This document shows, piece by piece, positions 1 to 13,451 of a stretch of 64,000 nucleotides of DNA (position 1 is the stretch's first letter; the number at the start of each line of letters is the position of its first letter). Made by a program: the position numbers and the translations under genes. The notes under the pieces are model-generated. The model was not told the DNA's origin, searched no databases, and saw nothing but the letters and a program-made list of their open reading frames with translations. Location of the stretch: NCBI GenBank assembly GCA_951406725.2, contig OX597815.1:113708001-113772000 (forward strand), in the 5' to 3' direction. This stretch comes from Octopus vulgaris (taxonomy: Eukaryota).

Positions 1-152
1 CCGCCAAGGTCGACTTTGCCTTTCATCCTTTCGGGGTCGAGAAATTAAATACCAGTTACACACTGGGGGGTTGATGTAATCGACTTAATACCTATGTCTG
101 TCCTTGTTTGTCCCCTCTATGTTTAGCCCCTTGTGGGTAATAAAGAAATAGG
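1..152 (+). mobile_element. SINE 3' part (family M; Meta-domain-like core)
   Basis: GTCGACTTTGCCTTTCATCCTTTCGGGGTCGA..AATTAAATACCAG recurs many times in the window and resembles the MetaSINE/Sauria-SINE central domain as recalled; truncated by the window edge. Confidence 0.75.
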
Positions 153-1279
153 TAAAGAAGTATGTTTACAGTAGACTGATGGGTTTGTTTAGAGTATCTA
201 AATCCTAGATGGGTCATTCTTCATTTGCTACTGTAGAGCCATATCATAATAAGAGATGTGACTCTGCAATAACACATGAAGCATTTCCCCTTGATGTGAC
301 TCTTGTTGATGACAGCACTTTTATTAACTATTACTTGGCTGGTACTCTCACAATTTGCTAGCTATAAGTAGTTACTGTACCATCAGGAGTGAAGGTACTC
401 TAATATATGTAAAGTATAATTTAGTCATTCTATTTTTACTCTTCTGTCTCTTGAATAAATGAAATACAAGCAAGAAACTCATGGTAGCAGTGGAGTCAAA
501 TATCAGTTTTGAATGCAAATATACATTGTGTGTGTTTGCATATAAACCCCTCTGTTCCTGTATGTTTTGGCTTTTGTTTATTTATATTTTGTTTAGTATT
601 TTCAATCTTTATACTTTTTTAATCAAAAACATGGTATTTAAATTTTTTTTGTAAATTTATTTTTTTATAAATTTTTAAAATACTTCAAGAACCTGATGAA
701 ATTTTTAGTTTTCTATTTTTTTTTATGTTGCACTGTAAAGTTTGTTTCAGAATTTTGCACCATAATATATTCGAGATTCTTAAAATTGTTCTACAGGAAT
801 GGAAGGTTATTAATATGTATTGCTGTTTTTAAAAATAATTTTTTATTTGTTTTTCTTGTCGAATAAATTTAAAGAATTCTTTGCTTTTGCTTCCTTTTGT
901 TTCTTTTTTCTTTTTTATAGAAAATTTCCTTGTATATTAAATCACTTTCAGACACATTGCCTAATTAATAGCTTACATTACTCCACACAATGTTGAATAA
1001 CATTCGATTTAGTTATTTTCTCACAGCAAACCGGTTCAAATTACAGTAAGGGTAATGCATGGGAATACATTTTCTCTGTAGCAATATTATTTGAAGAAAA
1101 GCAACAATAGATACAATCAAGATGACATAATGAAACTCAAGTTTTTTGTAGATTATTTTAAAACTTGAATTTACTTTGAAGGTTTATTTCTTTATTGATT
1201 TCAGGCTTTTTACTGGTGGGGGTAGGGACTACTCTCACCATCAGAGTTGATTATACTGATACCTCTCACTACCACCTCC

Positions 1280-1345
1280 TAAATTTTATCAGTCTTAGAA
1301 GGCTGAAAGGCAAAGTTGACCTGGATAGGATTTGAACTCTTAATG
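1280..1345 (-). mobile_element. Degenerate family M SINE fragment
   Basis: GAAGGCTGAAAGGCAAAGTTGACC..GGATTTGAACTC is the reverse complement of a tRNA B-box plus the M core. Confidence 0.55.
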
Positions 1346-2648
1346 TAAAGGGACATAAGCAGACACTGACTCTGCTCTCCACCTCGGTTTGCCTTATTGG
1401 GTGAAGGAATATCAAATCAACATTTTAATATTTTTTCCATACTTATATGATTTAAAGAGTCTGCAGTTTGGCATATTGACACTCCTTTCAGTCTAGTGTC
1501 ATCTTTCCATATCTTCCTTGATCTTTCTCTTCCGCATGCGTGCTTGTGTGTGTGTGTGTGTGTGGTAAGTTCACTGTTATTTTCACTTCCTGGCAACAAC
1601 CATCTCTCAGTGTTATCGGATACATCAGTTTGTAATTCTGGATTTGTTATTGTGGAGCACCTAGTTCTGTCTGGAAAACTGTTATTGTAATGAGGCCAGT
1701 GAAATCTAAACCTGCAACAGACTTTGACAACCATAATTATTCTAACCTTTTTAAGGAGTTATTTACTGTTATTGCCTACCCTATTTGCTTCTACTCAGAA
1801 TGGTTTAACTGTGTATTTTTAGACATTGCCAAATGATGGGTTATTATTGGTGCTACATAAATTAAATGATGATTTGAGTAGAACTTGGACATAAATGCGT
1901 TTTTATCTACCCCCACACCTCTAATAAGGTACAAAATTAGATGAATTTCTTATTTTGGTAAAAAGAGAGAAAGAAATAATAAACATAATAGTTTGTTGTT
2001 TGCGCACTAAAATGTTTTCAAATGTAACTATGTTGTTTAAAGTATTAACTACTGTATGAAAATGCTCAATATTTATTACTGATTAATGGCTAGTTGGATC
2101 TAGCAAATGTGGAACATCTGTGATAACATCAGTGAACTAGACTATACAAGTAGAATCAATAATTTTAATCGAGTTAAACCTAACATTTAGCATTATTCCT
2201 CTATCGAGCTCTTAAATATACTATCAATTTCTTAAATACTTTTTGTGGATATCAGTTATAGATTAGAGCTGATATCAAAAGTATTTACTAGTATAGTTAT
2301 TACAGTATTTCCTGTTCCATCTCAAAATATCAATTCTTCAATCATTAAACCTGCATTCTCTTTCCAGGTGTACTTAAAAAAAAAACCAACGTTGCTTTCG
2401 AATAGAGCTAGACATAGTTCCTTATATAAAATTATAGTTCTTGTAATTTTTCATACTACTCTATATTTTGATATATGAGCATTTTGACTGAGAGGTTACA
2501 TGTGATTCCTACCTTGCCAAAGTTGAGTGAAATGCAGTTAGGTCAAATATTGGGTGCTTTTAAAGCAAGACTAGAAATATTTTTGATATAGAATTTTTTT
2601 CCTCAACAGCATTTATGTACTTTTCTTACCCTCCTCTCTTTATATATT

Positions 2649-2682
<34 letters not shown>

Positions 2683-2696
2683 TGTATGTGTGTGTG

Positions 2697-3076
2697 TGTG
2701 TGGCTGTTCAATATGAAGTTTGCTTCCCAATTACATGCATCTGGGTTCAGTCCCACTGCATGGCAGCTTAAGCGTCTTCCACTATTATCTCAAAGCCTTG
2801 TGAGTGAACTCTGTAGACAGAAACTGAAAGAAGTCCATCATACATACACACACACATATCTTTGTGTATGCCTGTGTCAGTGTTGTTCCCCTCACTGCTT
2901 GACAACCAGTGTTGGTGTGCTTATGTGCCTGTAACTTAGTGGTTTGGCAAAAAAGACTGATAGAATAAGTACCAGGCTTCAAAAAATATAAGTACTGGGG
3001 TTGATTTGTTCAACTAAAATCCTTCAAGGCAGTGCTCCAGCATGGCTACAATCTAATGACTGAAACAAGTAAACGA
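2697..3076 (+). mobile_element. tRNA-derived SINE (family A)
   Basis: B-box-like GGGTTCAGTCCC, conserved GAAACTGAAAGAAG, central CA/TG microsatellite and 3' GTGCTCCAGCATGG..GACTGAAACAAGTAAA; many copies in the window. Confidence 0.8.
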
Positions 3077-3484
3077 TTATATATATATCAGTAATATTAA
3101 TATGCCAATTTGTTCTTTTTGTATATACCTGTCATGCGTGTCACACTTACTTCATAGAAGTGAGTGGCAGAATAGAGAGAAAGTAAATAAGAAAGAGAGA
3201 GAGTGAAAGAGACAGTGGGTGGTGATGGCGTTTGTTTTGGGTTTTTAAATGTTTCAGAGAGGAAGTAAAAGAGAGGAAGAGAGAGAGAGAGAGTGGCGAT
3301 GGCATTCGTTTTGTGCTTTTAAATGTTTTTCACATTGCAAGAAAAGTAGATTCATAGATACATACACACATTGTTAAATTAAAAGTGGGGGAGAAAGTGA
3401 GAGAGATAGTAGATACATAGATCCAAAGAAAAGTTGATGCATAGATACAGCAAATATTGGATGTCACTTTCACTTTTCATTACC

Positions 3485-3648
3485 ACACAAGGATAAAAAC
3501 AACTTGCAAGTGGCTGAGTACTCCACAGACATGCATATCATTAACGTAGTTCTCAGGGAGATTCAGCCTCACACAGAATATGACAAGACTGGTCCCTTTG
3601 AATTACAGCTACAACTCATTTTGGTCAGCTGAGTGGACTGGAGCAAGA
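3485..3648 (-). mobile_element. SINE fragment (CORE-like TTGCTCCAGTCCACTCAGCTG family)
   Basis: Shares segments with 8900-9140, 19160-19260 and 21230-21320. Confidence 0.55.
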
Positions 3649-3984
3649 TATACCTTCAAGTGGTTTGAAGAAAGCAAAAAAAAAAAAAAATCCTATATAG
3701 GGGCAGGAAAATCTTTTTAGTTATTAGGGTCCCTATGGGTGTTAATCCAGTCCTAACAGCAGCATTTGTGGGTCTCACGGATCTGGAGGCCAAGCTCCCA
3801 AATAAACATTGATGTGCAGGCTGTTGTTATCAAACTGAGCATGAGTCGTGGGCAAATACATGACGGAATAGCAATTATTTCATCTTAGCTTTCACTGATT
3901 ATACTAAACACGTGACATTTTTGCCCTACAATATGGAACATTTCCTTTTCTCTCATTCTTTATAAAAAATGGCACTCTGTCGGA

Positions 3985-4390
3985 TACGATGGCTGCACCA
4001 GGCTCCAGTCTTGATCTGGCAGTTTCTACAGCTTGATGCCCTTCCTAACGCCAACCACTCCAAGAGTGTAGTAGGTGCTTTTTACATGCCACCAGCATGG
4101 GGGCCAGTCAGGCAGTACTGGCAGTGACCTCGCTCGAATCTTTCTACACGTGCCAGTGAATCGATGTTGGTAACGATCACGCTCGAATGGTGCCCTTTTA
4201 CGTGCCACGGGTACAGAAGCCAGTTGGCTGCTCTAGCAAAAATCATGCTCAGATGGTGTTCTTGGCACCCTACTAGCACAGGCATAAGTGCCAGTAAGGC
4301 GATGCTGGTAATGATCATACTCGAATAGCCGCTCTGTCAATGATCACACTCGTACGGAGCTCTTTGCACCCTGCTAGCACGGATGCCAGT
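3985..4390 (-). mobile_element. RTE LINE 3' UTR fragment with tandem hairpin modules
   Basis: GATGCCCTTCCTAACGCCAACCACTCC box followed by several variant GGTGCTTTTTACGTGCCAC modules; homologous to 17818-18160. Confidence 0.75.
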
Positions 4391-4657
4391 CGTTTTTTTA
4401 TTTTCAGGCACATTTAACATTTTGTTTACAAACTACAAAAAAGCCTCACTCCCTTCCTAAAACTAATGCAAATTTCGAACAGGGTATAGCTGTGAAACGA
4501 GCCCAGAAAAATGGATAATACCCCCTACAAAATGGATGGTGAAGAAAAATTGCCAATTCAACTCTATACTTTAAAGAATGTCTTCTACTATAGCCTTGGG
4601 CCAACCAAAGCCTTATGAGTGAATTTGGTAGACAGAAACTGAAAGAAGCCCATCATA

Positions 4658-5010
4658 TCATCGTCATCATCATCATCATCGTTTAACGTCCACTTTCCAT
4701 GCTAGCATGGGTTGGACGATTTGACTGAGGTCTGGTGAACCAGATGGCTGCATCAGACTCCAATCTGATCTGGCAGAGTTTCTACAGCTGAATGCCTTTC
4801 CTAATGCCAACCACTCCGAGAGTGTAGTGGGCGCTTTTTATGTGCCACCGGCATGGGGGCCAGTCAGGCGGTACTGGCAACAGTCACGCTCAAATGGTGC
4901 TTTTTATGTGCCATCTGTACAGGAGCCAGTCCAGCGGCACTGGCAACAACCTGCTCGACTGTTTTTTCACATGCCACCAGCACAAGTGCCAATAAGGCAA
5001 TGCAGGCAAC
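4658..5010 (-). mobile_element. RTE LINE 3' end (5'-truncated), (GAT)n tail
   Basis: (CAT)n-CGTTTAACGTCC..CATGCTAGCATGGGTTGGAC plus 3 modules; adjoins a family A fragment at about 4578-4655. Confidence 0.8.
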
Positions 5011-5036
5011 GATCTATAACACACACACATATATAA

Positions 5037-5078
<42 letters not shown>

Positions 5079-5084
<6 letters not shown>

Positions 5085-5352
5085 AAATGGAGTTCAACGT
5101 AGGTATTATTCAAATCTTTATACTTCTGACGTATGTTTTGATGAAAACATTGGTATTATTCCAGAGGGAATAAAATGATGTAAAACAATGCGATCTTCTC
5201 GTCAGGGAAAAATGGCTTATTTATGTGTTTTGTTTCTCTTTTTTTTTTCCCTGATGAGAAGATCGCATTGTTTTACTTCATTTTACTCCCTCTGGAATAA
5301 TACCAATATTTTAAGAATTGAATAACACCTGCATTTGACTCCATTTCTTTAT
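5079..5352. mobile_element. Fold-back palindrome / MITE-like element next to (TA)n
   Basis: ATAAAGAAATGGAG...CTCCATTTCTTTAT termini and an inner arm of about 65 bp (ATTGGTATTATTCCAGAGGG..TCAGGGAAAAA) matching its reverse complement. Confidence 0.75.
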
Positions 5353-5599
5353 TTATCTATGTGATACAAAAACATTTCACTAAACCCTGGAATTTCTACC
5401 TTTATAAGCACGCTATTACATTCTTGATACTTATGTGAATTTTTGCTACCCTGGTAACTAACCTTTTTTTTCTGTGTTATTTGTACACATTGAAAAAATG
5501 CACATACACTTATATGTGTGTGTGTGAATATATATACACATACATATGTTTTTGTGTCTGTGTTTGTCACCCCAAGTTCCTATATGAGTTGGGCTATAT

Positions 5600-6400
5600 A
5601 GTCAGCTCATACTTGATGGGGTCAGTGGTCCCAGTGGCATCATCATGTGTAGAACTGACGAGGTTCACCAGTGCTCTTCATTGTTGACAGTCCTGTGCCA
5701 GCTGCTTTGTACTCTGCCTTAATCAGCCGTCTGCTACTGTGATATTCCATCCATCTTTAACGTCACTATGGCACCTGCTGCTAGATGATTCTATGAGATT
5801 TGGTGGTTTCCATTGTTCATGTAGCGCAACTTATAGTATTGACAAGAAGGAAATGAAGCATGAGAAAAGCTGTTGAGCGATCAACCAGAAAATGAAAGTG
5901 CCTGTAGATCAAGTGTAGAAGACAGAGGTAGAACTGGGACAGACATGGAACAAATGGATTTCCTGTCGGATTAACAAAGGAGAGATAGTAAGTTGAAACC
6001 AATGCATGTGGGCAGTACTGGGAGGAACCGAACAGAAGAAGGGTTTGTAGAATGTGTTGATGTGATACTTATTGAGAGAAGTGTACAATGTGCTTCCATC
6101 CCTGGCCAATATTAGACAGTAAGACTAGAGTGACACTGCTAATTGTCATCAGTGTAGAAATTAAGCATCGTCAAAGCATATTCTGGCAGCCTGTAAATCA
6201 GAATAAGCATGGTGGCATTGCCAAATCTTGTATATCCTTGCTGGGTCACTAAAACAATAACACAGTAGCATTAGTGGTAGTGTCTTGTAATCCAAGAAAG
6301 ATGGTTCTGCAATTTCTTGCTGAACAAATTTCACAGCTGATTTGTTTACAGCGATCAAATGTATCTGCTATACATTAGCTCACTCCTTCCATCAAAGTGA
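5600..6400 (-). pseudogene. Highly decayed RTE-like LINE ORF C-terminus
   Basis: Minus-strand translation gives QWKPP...KQLAQDCQQ*RALV, like the RTE W.P..LAQDR..WR.LV terminus; many stops. Confidence 0.45.
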
Positions 6401-6859
6401 CATTGCGTGAACAGGTGTGTTATTTTATGTTCATTTTCCATAGACTGGACTGATTGATAGAATCTGAGGATTCAGAGGCATTGTGTTTCAGTGTTTCTAT
6501 TTTGATATGGATTCTATGGCTGGATGACCTTCCTAATACCAACCACTTTACAGTGTATATATATTTTTTTTTTGTGGAACCTGCACTAATGAAATTGACT
6601 TGGAACTTAAAGACTAAAGGACTTAAAGGGTTTCCATAGCTAAAAGGAGAATAGTGGGGAAGACTGTGTGTACCTTTGTCAACCACTTCTATTTTTCTCT
6701 TTCATATTCCTTTCCTCTCACACCTTTTGCCAAACATTTGCCTTTATAATGTGGGATAGCCCTGGTCCCTCCTTACACAATCTTCCTCATTACACTCTCT
6801 ATCTCCCTCCTGTTCTCCTTCAATTATGAGAGACTCTTTGATTTCTGACCTGAAAGTTA

Positions 6860-7055
6860 TAAGGTAACCTCACTAGTGCTGTTGCCATGAAAAAAGCACC
6901 CAGTACACCCTGTGAAGTTGTTAGTGATATGAAGGGCATTCAACTGCAGAAACCATTCCCAAATAGGCATGGGAACATAATGTAGTCCTCTGATTTGCTG
7001 GATTCTGGTCAACTGTGCAACCTGTGCTAGCATGGGGAGTGGATATTAAACGATG
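6860..7055 (+). mobile_element. Degenerate RTE 3' tail copy
   Basis: AAAAAGCACCCAGTACAC..GAAGGGCATTCAACTG..GCTAGCATGG..ATTAAACGATGA. Confidence 0.6.
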
Positions 7056-7129
7056 AGTGTGTGTGTGTGAGAGAGAGAGAGTGGGCTTTTTTTTAATTCA
7101 CAGACTAAAGATCAATCATGCAAGAAACT

Positions 7130-7261
7130 TAATGCATTAGAATGCAAAGCATAATGCATTAGAATGCAAAGCGTAATGCATTAGAATGCAAAGTGTAATG
7201 CATCAGAATGCAAAGCATAATGCATTAGAATGCAAAGAGTAATGCATTAGGATGCAAAGTG
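7130..7261. repeat. Minisatellite, 6 x 22 bp (TAATGCATTAGAATGCAAAGNN)
   Basis: Six head-to-tail units counted directly. Confidence 0.95.
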
Positions 7262-7469
7262 TATATAGATTACAGATTCAACAGGTCTCTAAATTTAATT
7301 CTTCCCAGTTGTCTCAATCATTAAGTAAACTTCAGTTCCTTTTAAATTTACTTTTAGATCAGTTTTTTTCAAAACCTATCTTGCTCTAATTTGATGGCAT
7401 TATTTGGCTTAGTTATATTTATATGAGGAAGTCAATGATGTATTACTGATAAAGATTTTTGTATGATAT

Positions 7470-7641
7470 AATAATAATAATAATAATAATGAAATTATTG
7501 TATACAGTGTTCAGATGCACTACAACTTGTCAAAAGTGCATATAAAGCATATACAGTAATGTACAAATGTCAGGAAAGTGAACAGTGTATGAGTCAGATA
7601 CATACTTGTGTGTGTATGGAGGGGAGAAAAATCAGGTGTAA
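7470..7641 (-). mobile_element. CR1-like LINE 3' UTR with (TTA)n tail
   Basis: Near-identical to 14255-14410, which joins a CR1 ORF2 C-terminus. Confidence 0.75.
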
Positions 7642-8087
7642 TAAACTTCAGAAATAGACTGATTCTAGATATCCTATCACTGATAATAATGTAAACCTTG
7701 GACAAATTGTTTAAACCACTACCTCACCTGAACAATTATGAGAAAAGAGATAACACTGTACTGAAATGAGAACTAATGTTTGTTTTGGTAGTTTACGGTG
7801 CCAAGATAGAATCCCCTCAGAAATTACCATATCTTTTTAATTATACTTTAGAATCTTTTGTGGTTATCTTCTTGGAAGCTATGCTTTTATTTGTTTATTT
7901 ATATATAGCTTGTTATTTCTTATATATGTCTTTATTATTTTAGCAAGTTGCTTATACATATTTGGTTATTTATCATTAGTGAAGATAGTTTTTACTTTTG
8001 AATATATTTCATTAATGTAACCCTTTTACAGTTAAGTGATAATGGGATCCATGTATACATACATACAATTTGTGTGTATATATATAC

Positions 8088-8442
8088 TTTTTTCTTTTAT
8101 ATATGTTTCAGCCATTTGACTGTGGTCATGCTGGAACCCCACCTTAAAGGGTTTTAGTTGAACAGATCTACCCCAGGACTTATTCTATTGGTCTCTTTGC
8201 CAAACTATTAAGTTACAGGAATGTAAACATACCAACATCGGTTGTCATGTGATGGTGGGAGGGGAACAAACACAGACACAAAGACAGGCTTCTTTTAGTT
8301 TCCATCAACCAAATCCACTCACAAAGGTTTAGTCAGCCCAAGGCTATAGTAGAAGACACCCATCCAAGGTGCCATGCAGTGGGACTGATCCCAGAACCAT
8401 GTGGTTGTGAAGCAAGTTTCTTACCATGCAACCATACTTGCA

Positions 8443-8486
<44 letters not shown>

Positions 8487-8860
8487 TCTTTTATTTGTTT
8501 CAGTCATCTTGTCTGCGGTCATGCTGGAGCATCGCCTTTAATCGAACAAATCAACCCCATGACTTATTTTTTGTAAGCCTAGTAAATATTCTATTAGTCT
8601 CTTTTTGCAAACTGCTAAGTTACGGGGACATAAACACACCAACATCGGTTGTCACATGATAGTGGTGAGGACAAACACACACACACACATATATACAATG
8701 AGCTTCTTTCAGTTTCCATCTACCAAATCAACACAAGGCTTTGGTCGGCCTAAGGCTATAGTAGAAGACACTTGCCCAAAGGTGCCACACAGTGGGACTG
8801 TACCTGGAACCATGTGGTTGGTAAGCAAGCTACTTACCACACAGCCACTCCTGCACCTAT
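8088..8860 (-). mobile_element. Two head-to-tail family A SINEs separated by (TA)n
   Basis: Copies at about 8088-8446 and 8486-8860, each the reverse complement of 22670-23040. Confidence 0.8.
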
Positions 8861-8899
8861 ACATATATATATATATTTGTGTGTGTGTGTGTGTGTGAA

Positions 8900-9140
8900 G
8901 ACATGTGGCTTAATGTTTCGGGTGCTGGACTCATGATTGTAAGATTATGTTTTTGACTGGGCAATGTGTTGTGTTCTTGAGCGAAACTCTTCATTTCATG
9001 CTGCTCCAGTCCATTAAGCTAGCAAAAATGAGTAATCTTGCAATGAACTAGCGTCTCATGCAGAGGGGAATATATGCACCACAGAAACTTGGAAACTGGC
9101 CCTATGAGTCTATATGATTAGGGAAGGATCTTTATCCTTA
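8900..9140 (+). mobile_element. tRNA-derived CORE-like SINE
   Basis: A-box-like TGGCTTAATG, CORE-like GTGTTCTTGAGCGAAAC and GCTCCAGTCCA..GCAAAAATGAGT. Confidence 0.55.
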
Positions 9141-9306
9141 TGTTTGTGTGTGTACTGTTTTTGTATTCAACTTAAGAAAAACCAACCTATGAAGCTAGAT
9201 CAATACTCCGGCATTTTGTAGAAAATATACAATTTACATAAAACTAAATAGGTAGTACGATAGTTAAGTGTAGTATTTAAAACTGACATATTGAGTTATT
9301 AATTAT

Positions 9307-10279
9307 ACTAGCAGAGACTGTCCTCCAGGCGGATTTCTGCTAGTTGTTTATATTAGAGAGTGTGTGTGAGGGGGAGAGAGAACATTGGAAACATTGAATG
9401 AAATAACGCGAAAGATTGCCAAACTGGCATTATCTTGTACCAAATATTTGAATTTGTGAACTTGAAATATTCAATAATATAAGGAAGTTCAGAAAGTAAA
9501 TTTTCCTGAAAACTTAAATTTATAAAAATCTCACTTGATTCGCAAATATTTCTTTCAGTAATTTATCGCAGTTGTAACATATCTGTAATTTAAAGAAACT
9601 TGAAGGTAACTCTAGCACGTTTAGCGTGCTAGAAATAACAGTGATCACATAGTTATTATTGCAAGGCTTATAGTGTTCCAGACAGCCATACCAACAAGCT
9701 CACTTCTTCAATTAAAAAAGAAAAATAATACCGGTATATTATATTATGGAAGCCTCAAAGTTATACAGCTATTTTGTCTAATAGTATTAATTCAATAAAT
9801 AATTTTTTTTTTTCAGATTATGTATAGAGAATAAGCTGGGTTTTGCAAATAGCGAATTAAAACTTGAAATGAAAACACTGAAATGAATATATATTAAATT
9901 ATCATTAATGAAAATAGAGGCAAGAGGGAGTGAGAGACTGTTGCAAGTAAAAATGGAAAATTTCGTCTGCAACGAATTAATATTGTTTATTAAATCTACT
10001 CTGCAATATATGCAGCGTATATGTAAATTTCTGAAAAACTTGAAGTTCAAATATTCAATAAACTTCAGAAATCGAAATGACAGGAAATTTCTTGAAGCTT
10101 TAATTTCCAAAAAAAATTTCCAGATGGTCAAGCCTTTAATAATTGCTTTCTTTTAGTAACTGTTACATACCTAATTAATGAGCACCTTACTCCATTATAT
10201 TATAGATTTTTAGTAATTGTTACATGCCTAATTAATATGCAGCTTTCTCCATTATAACATAGATAGATAGATAGATAGA
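9307..10279 (-). mobile_element. Putative non-autonomous rolling-circle element (Helitron/Helentron-like)
   Basis: Terminal ACTAGCAGA..TCTGCTAGT hairpin with CTAG, (GATA)n at the other end (TC start on minus), retained CpGs and an internal ~57 bp tandem duplication at 10151-10263. Confidence 0.4.
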
Positions 10280-10413
10280 TTCCCTCCTCCATAAAAAAAT
10301 TCTTTACAAAACAATTTTTTTTGTATAGCTTCAATTTTTAAGGAATATATCTTGAGAAACTAAATTGTATGTTGTAGGGGAGATAACTTTTTGACGACTC
10401 GTGCAAACTTTTA

Positions 10414-10803
10414 TCTCAAAGCTGAAGTTGTCTGTGTATGGCAGGTTTAGTAGCCTTCAACTAACATTATCTTCTCCGAGACCCTGCGGTGCTTGTTGAT
10501 CAAAATTGAGAGTATGCTAGAAGAAGGCTTGCTCTTCCTTCCGTAGAAGAAAAAAATTCAAATCGGACCATGTTAACACCAAAAATTATTTACATCAAAA
10601 AGGTGCTTTTTTTCTATGAAAATCCTTATTTTTTACGATTTTTTAATTACTGTGTCGTCAATTTTCGATGTATTTCAACCAGAAAAATGTTCACTTGAAG
10701 TGAATAACAAGCTACATAATGCAAAATTTTTACTTTTGAAAAATTCCAATTCTAAAGGGTCGAAAAGAAAACAAGACCGAGCAACGCTGGGCTATACTGC
10801 TAG
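10414..10803 (+). mobile_element. Non-autonomous Helitron, copy 1
   Basis: A|TC start, subterminal CCGAGCAACGCTGGG hairpin and CTAG|T end; near-identical copy at 50495-50888. Confidence 0.8.
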
Positions 10804-13451
10804 TTTATGATAAAGTGTATTCAATGTCTGTTATAACGTGAAATTGTTCTGTTGAGTTAACTCCGTATAAGTCTTATTATTACCAATTATCTGTTATGAT
10901 TTCTGTTTATAATATTTTTATAGAATATACTTAGTATTTCTTAAGATTGTTTCTTGTGTGTGTGTTATTTTATTATCAAGAATTATCTCCCATACCTTTG
11001 TTATGTTTTAATATTTTCGTTTTTCTTGTCAATCGTCGTTTCACCCCAAAACTATTTCGCACCAATTAAATAATCTATGTTAGTTTTACATTTGATAGTT
11101 ATATTTGACACTTGTTCTTTAAAATCTCTTGTTGCCTACAATTTTGCATATAAAGTAAATCATTTCTTTTTAAAATTATGTTGGTATGGCAGAATTCTGT
11201 GATCCATTTTTATTATAAACGATAAATCCAAACCTTTTTATTTCACTAAATTCACTAATATATATTTAGAAAGACTTTTTGCTTTGATGTGTTTAAAATA
11301 ACCTTTATATATTCTTGTTGTTGTCACCATTATCTTCATTGTTTACTTGAGACAGGGCCAGTTTTTGTAAGAGAGTTGGCTAGTTAATTGAATTGGTATC
11401 AGTATATTACTGGCACCTAATTTTGTTGATATTGGTAGGATTTGAACTGAGAATATTGGGTGACGAAACAAAATATTGTAAGATATTTATAATAATTACA
11501 AGTGGGTTTTAATTATATAAGAAATGATTTTTAAATATGCTATTAGACCCTTTAGTAACAGGAGTAGCCATTCCTTGAATTCTTGTTTCACTTTGATATG
11601 GATTTGCTTATTCATGAATTTTTAGGCAGAAATGTGGACATTATTTGGATAACCAACTAAATTGTTTTTACATGTGGATGGTATCTCTGAATCTTCAAAC
11701 ATCTCATAAGCCAATATGTGTACAATCTTATGTACTTAATTTATGGTTTATTAATTTCTTACTTTAGACATTGATCAGCTGAGAAGGTCCAGATTAAAAC
11801 CAAAACACATCCGAAATTGTGCCTAGAAAAATGAAAATAATAGTCATTGGCTTTTTTTTTTTCCTCACCATAAATTTATTTCTAGTTAGCCTTTTAATGC
11901 TGCATGCCTTAAATATGTTAACTATTAAACAATTGAAATGAGATAACATAAGTGGAGGAAACTCTTTAATCTTGTCAGAGATACCCTGTCAACCTGTCTA
12001 GTGCCAGTGATATGATAAAGTGCACCTTGTGTATGCTGTAAGGTAGTGGGTGATAGGAAAGGGAATCAGTTATAAAAATTGCACCAAAAATAATACGAGC
12101 TATACAACTATGGACTGCACTGGCTTTTCTCTGTTGTGTGCCAGATACTGAATGTCTAGGGACTGTTCTGAAGGTGAGATGTTGGAAGGTCTATCCAGTT
12201 CAAACTAGCATGGAAAAATTCATGTAAATGGGTGATGAGGAAAAAGTAGTTTTGTTGCAAAATGACCTCCTTCGTTTAAACCTTTTTGATAAGAAACTAC
12301 TTGTAGTTATCATTGAATCTATGATACAAAACTTGCCTGTTTTATGAGTGTTTATATTTAAGTTTAAAGCTTCCAACATAATTTTATGTAAACAAAATTT
12401 TACGACCTGTTCCAGACACCACATTGAGAAAAATAAAAATTCAGTTATTTTTCTGAATTCTTCAGAATTTTTAATTGAAACATAAGGACACTGTATTTCA
12501 ACAGAAATATGATCATAAAAAGAGTATTGAAGCACTCTGGAAATTTCTTTTGCTTGCCTTATCCACTCTGATCAATATTACTGCATGTACTTTAGACTGA
12601 GTCTGTTATAAACTTAATTTGTTTAACACACTTGAGTCTCTTAATACTTCTCTCAATGTTTCCTACTAAAATTATTATTCATATGAATATTGTAATTATA
12701 GAAATGTAGTATAATTTTGTGTAGAATATATACACTAATACACTGAGCATGAATCATTAGACTATCCTCTGAAATTAGTAAGTTGTCAAATTCAATAAGA
12801 ACATTTTTATCTGCTTGACATAATCAGTAGAGAGATAGAAATTTGGTACAATGGCTAGATTATATTATGACTGCATAATACATGTCTCAAAAGAAGGAAA
12901 GAAGAAAAAAGAAAGAAAAAATTTAAATATACAACTTACAACATCTGGAAAGAAACTGCAAGTGAACCCTGAGAGATAAAATCTTTCAGAACTAAGAAGT
13001 TGGTTGGAAATAAGAGTGCATGTGTTATCTGGAAGAATGAAGTTGAAGTTAGGTTCTGCATGATTGGTGAGAATCAGATACATTAAATGTTGTAAGCTGG
13101 TAGTAGGTGATATTAAAAAAAAAAGATGTGACATGAAAACTTTATATTGTAAAGCTTTTGATGAAAGATGAAAAGCAAGTGCAAGAAAGGCTCATCCGAA
13201 ATTCTACATAGCTCCATTACATGGGCTGTGTATGGAAGAAAAGTAGCAAAGAAAATATTTATATTTAGAATCTATAAGTTTTGAGAAATATGTAAATAAG
13301 TCTTCTATAAATGATAAATTTCAAATATTAATCCAGTTATAAATGATAGTTTATAACACATGGAGTTAAAAAACCCCTGGACAATAAAAAAAAGGTACAA
13401 AGCTATCTGTAGCATTTGCACCACATATCTATTGTAACCCGGATAGTCATA

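Noticed and set aside
4074-4390. Repeat-spacer-like array of hairpin modules as CRISPR or attC cassettes
   Set aside because: The modules are homologous along their whole length and belong to an interspersed retroelement tail.
7130-7261. CRISPR-like short repeats
   Set aside because: No spacers, eukaryotic context and no cas genes.
9787-10156. Overlapping K/F/N/I-rich ORFs
   Set aside because: AT-composition artefacts inside a putative non-autonomous element.
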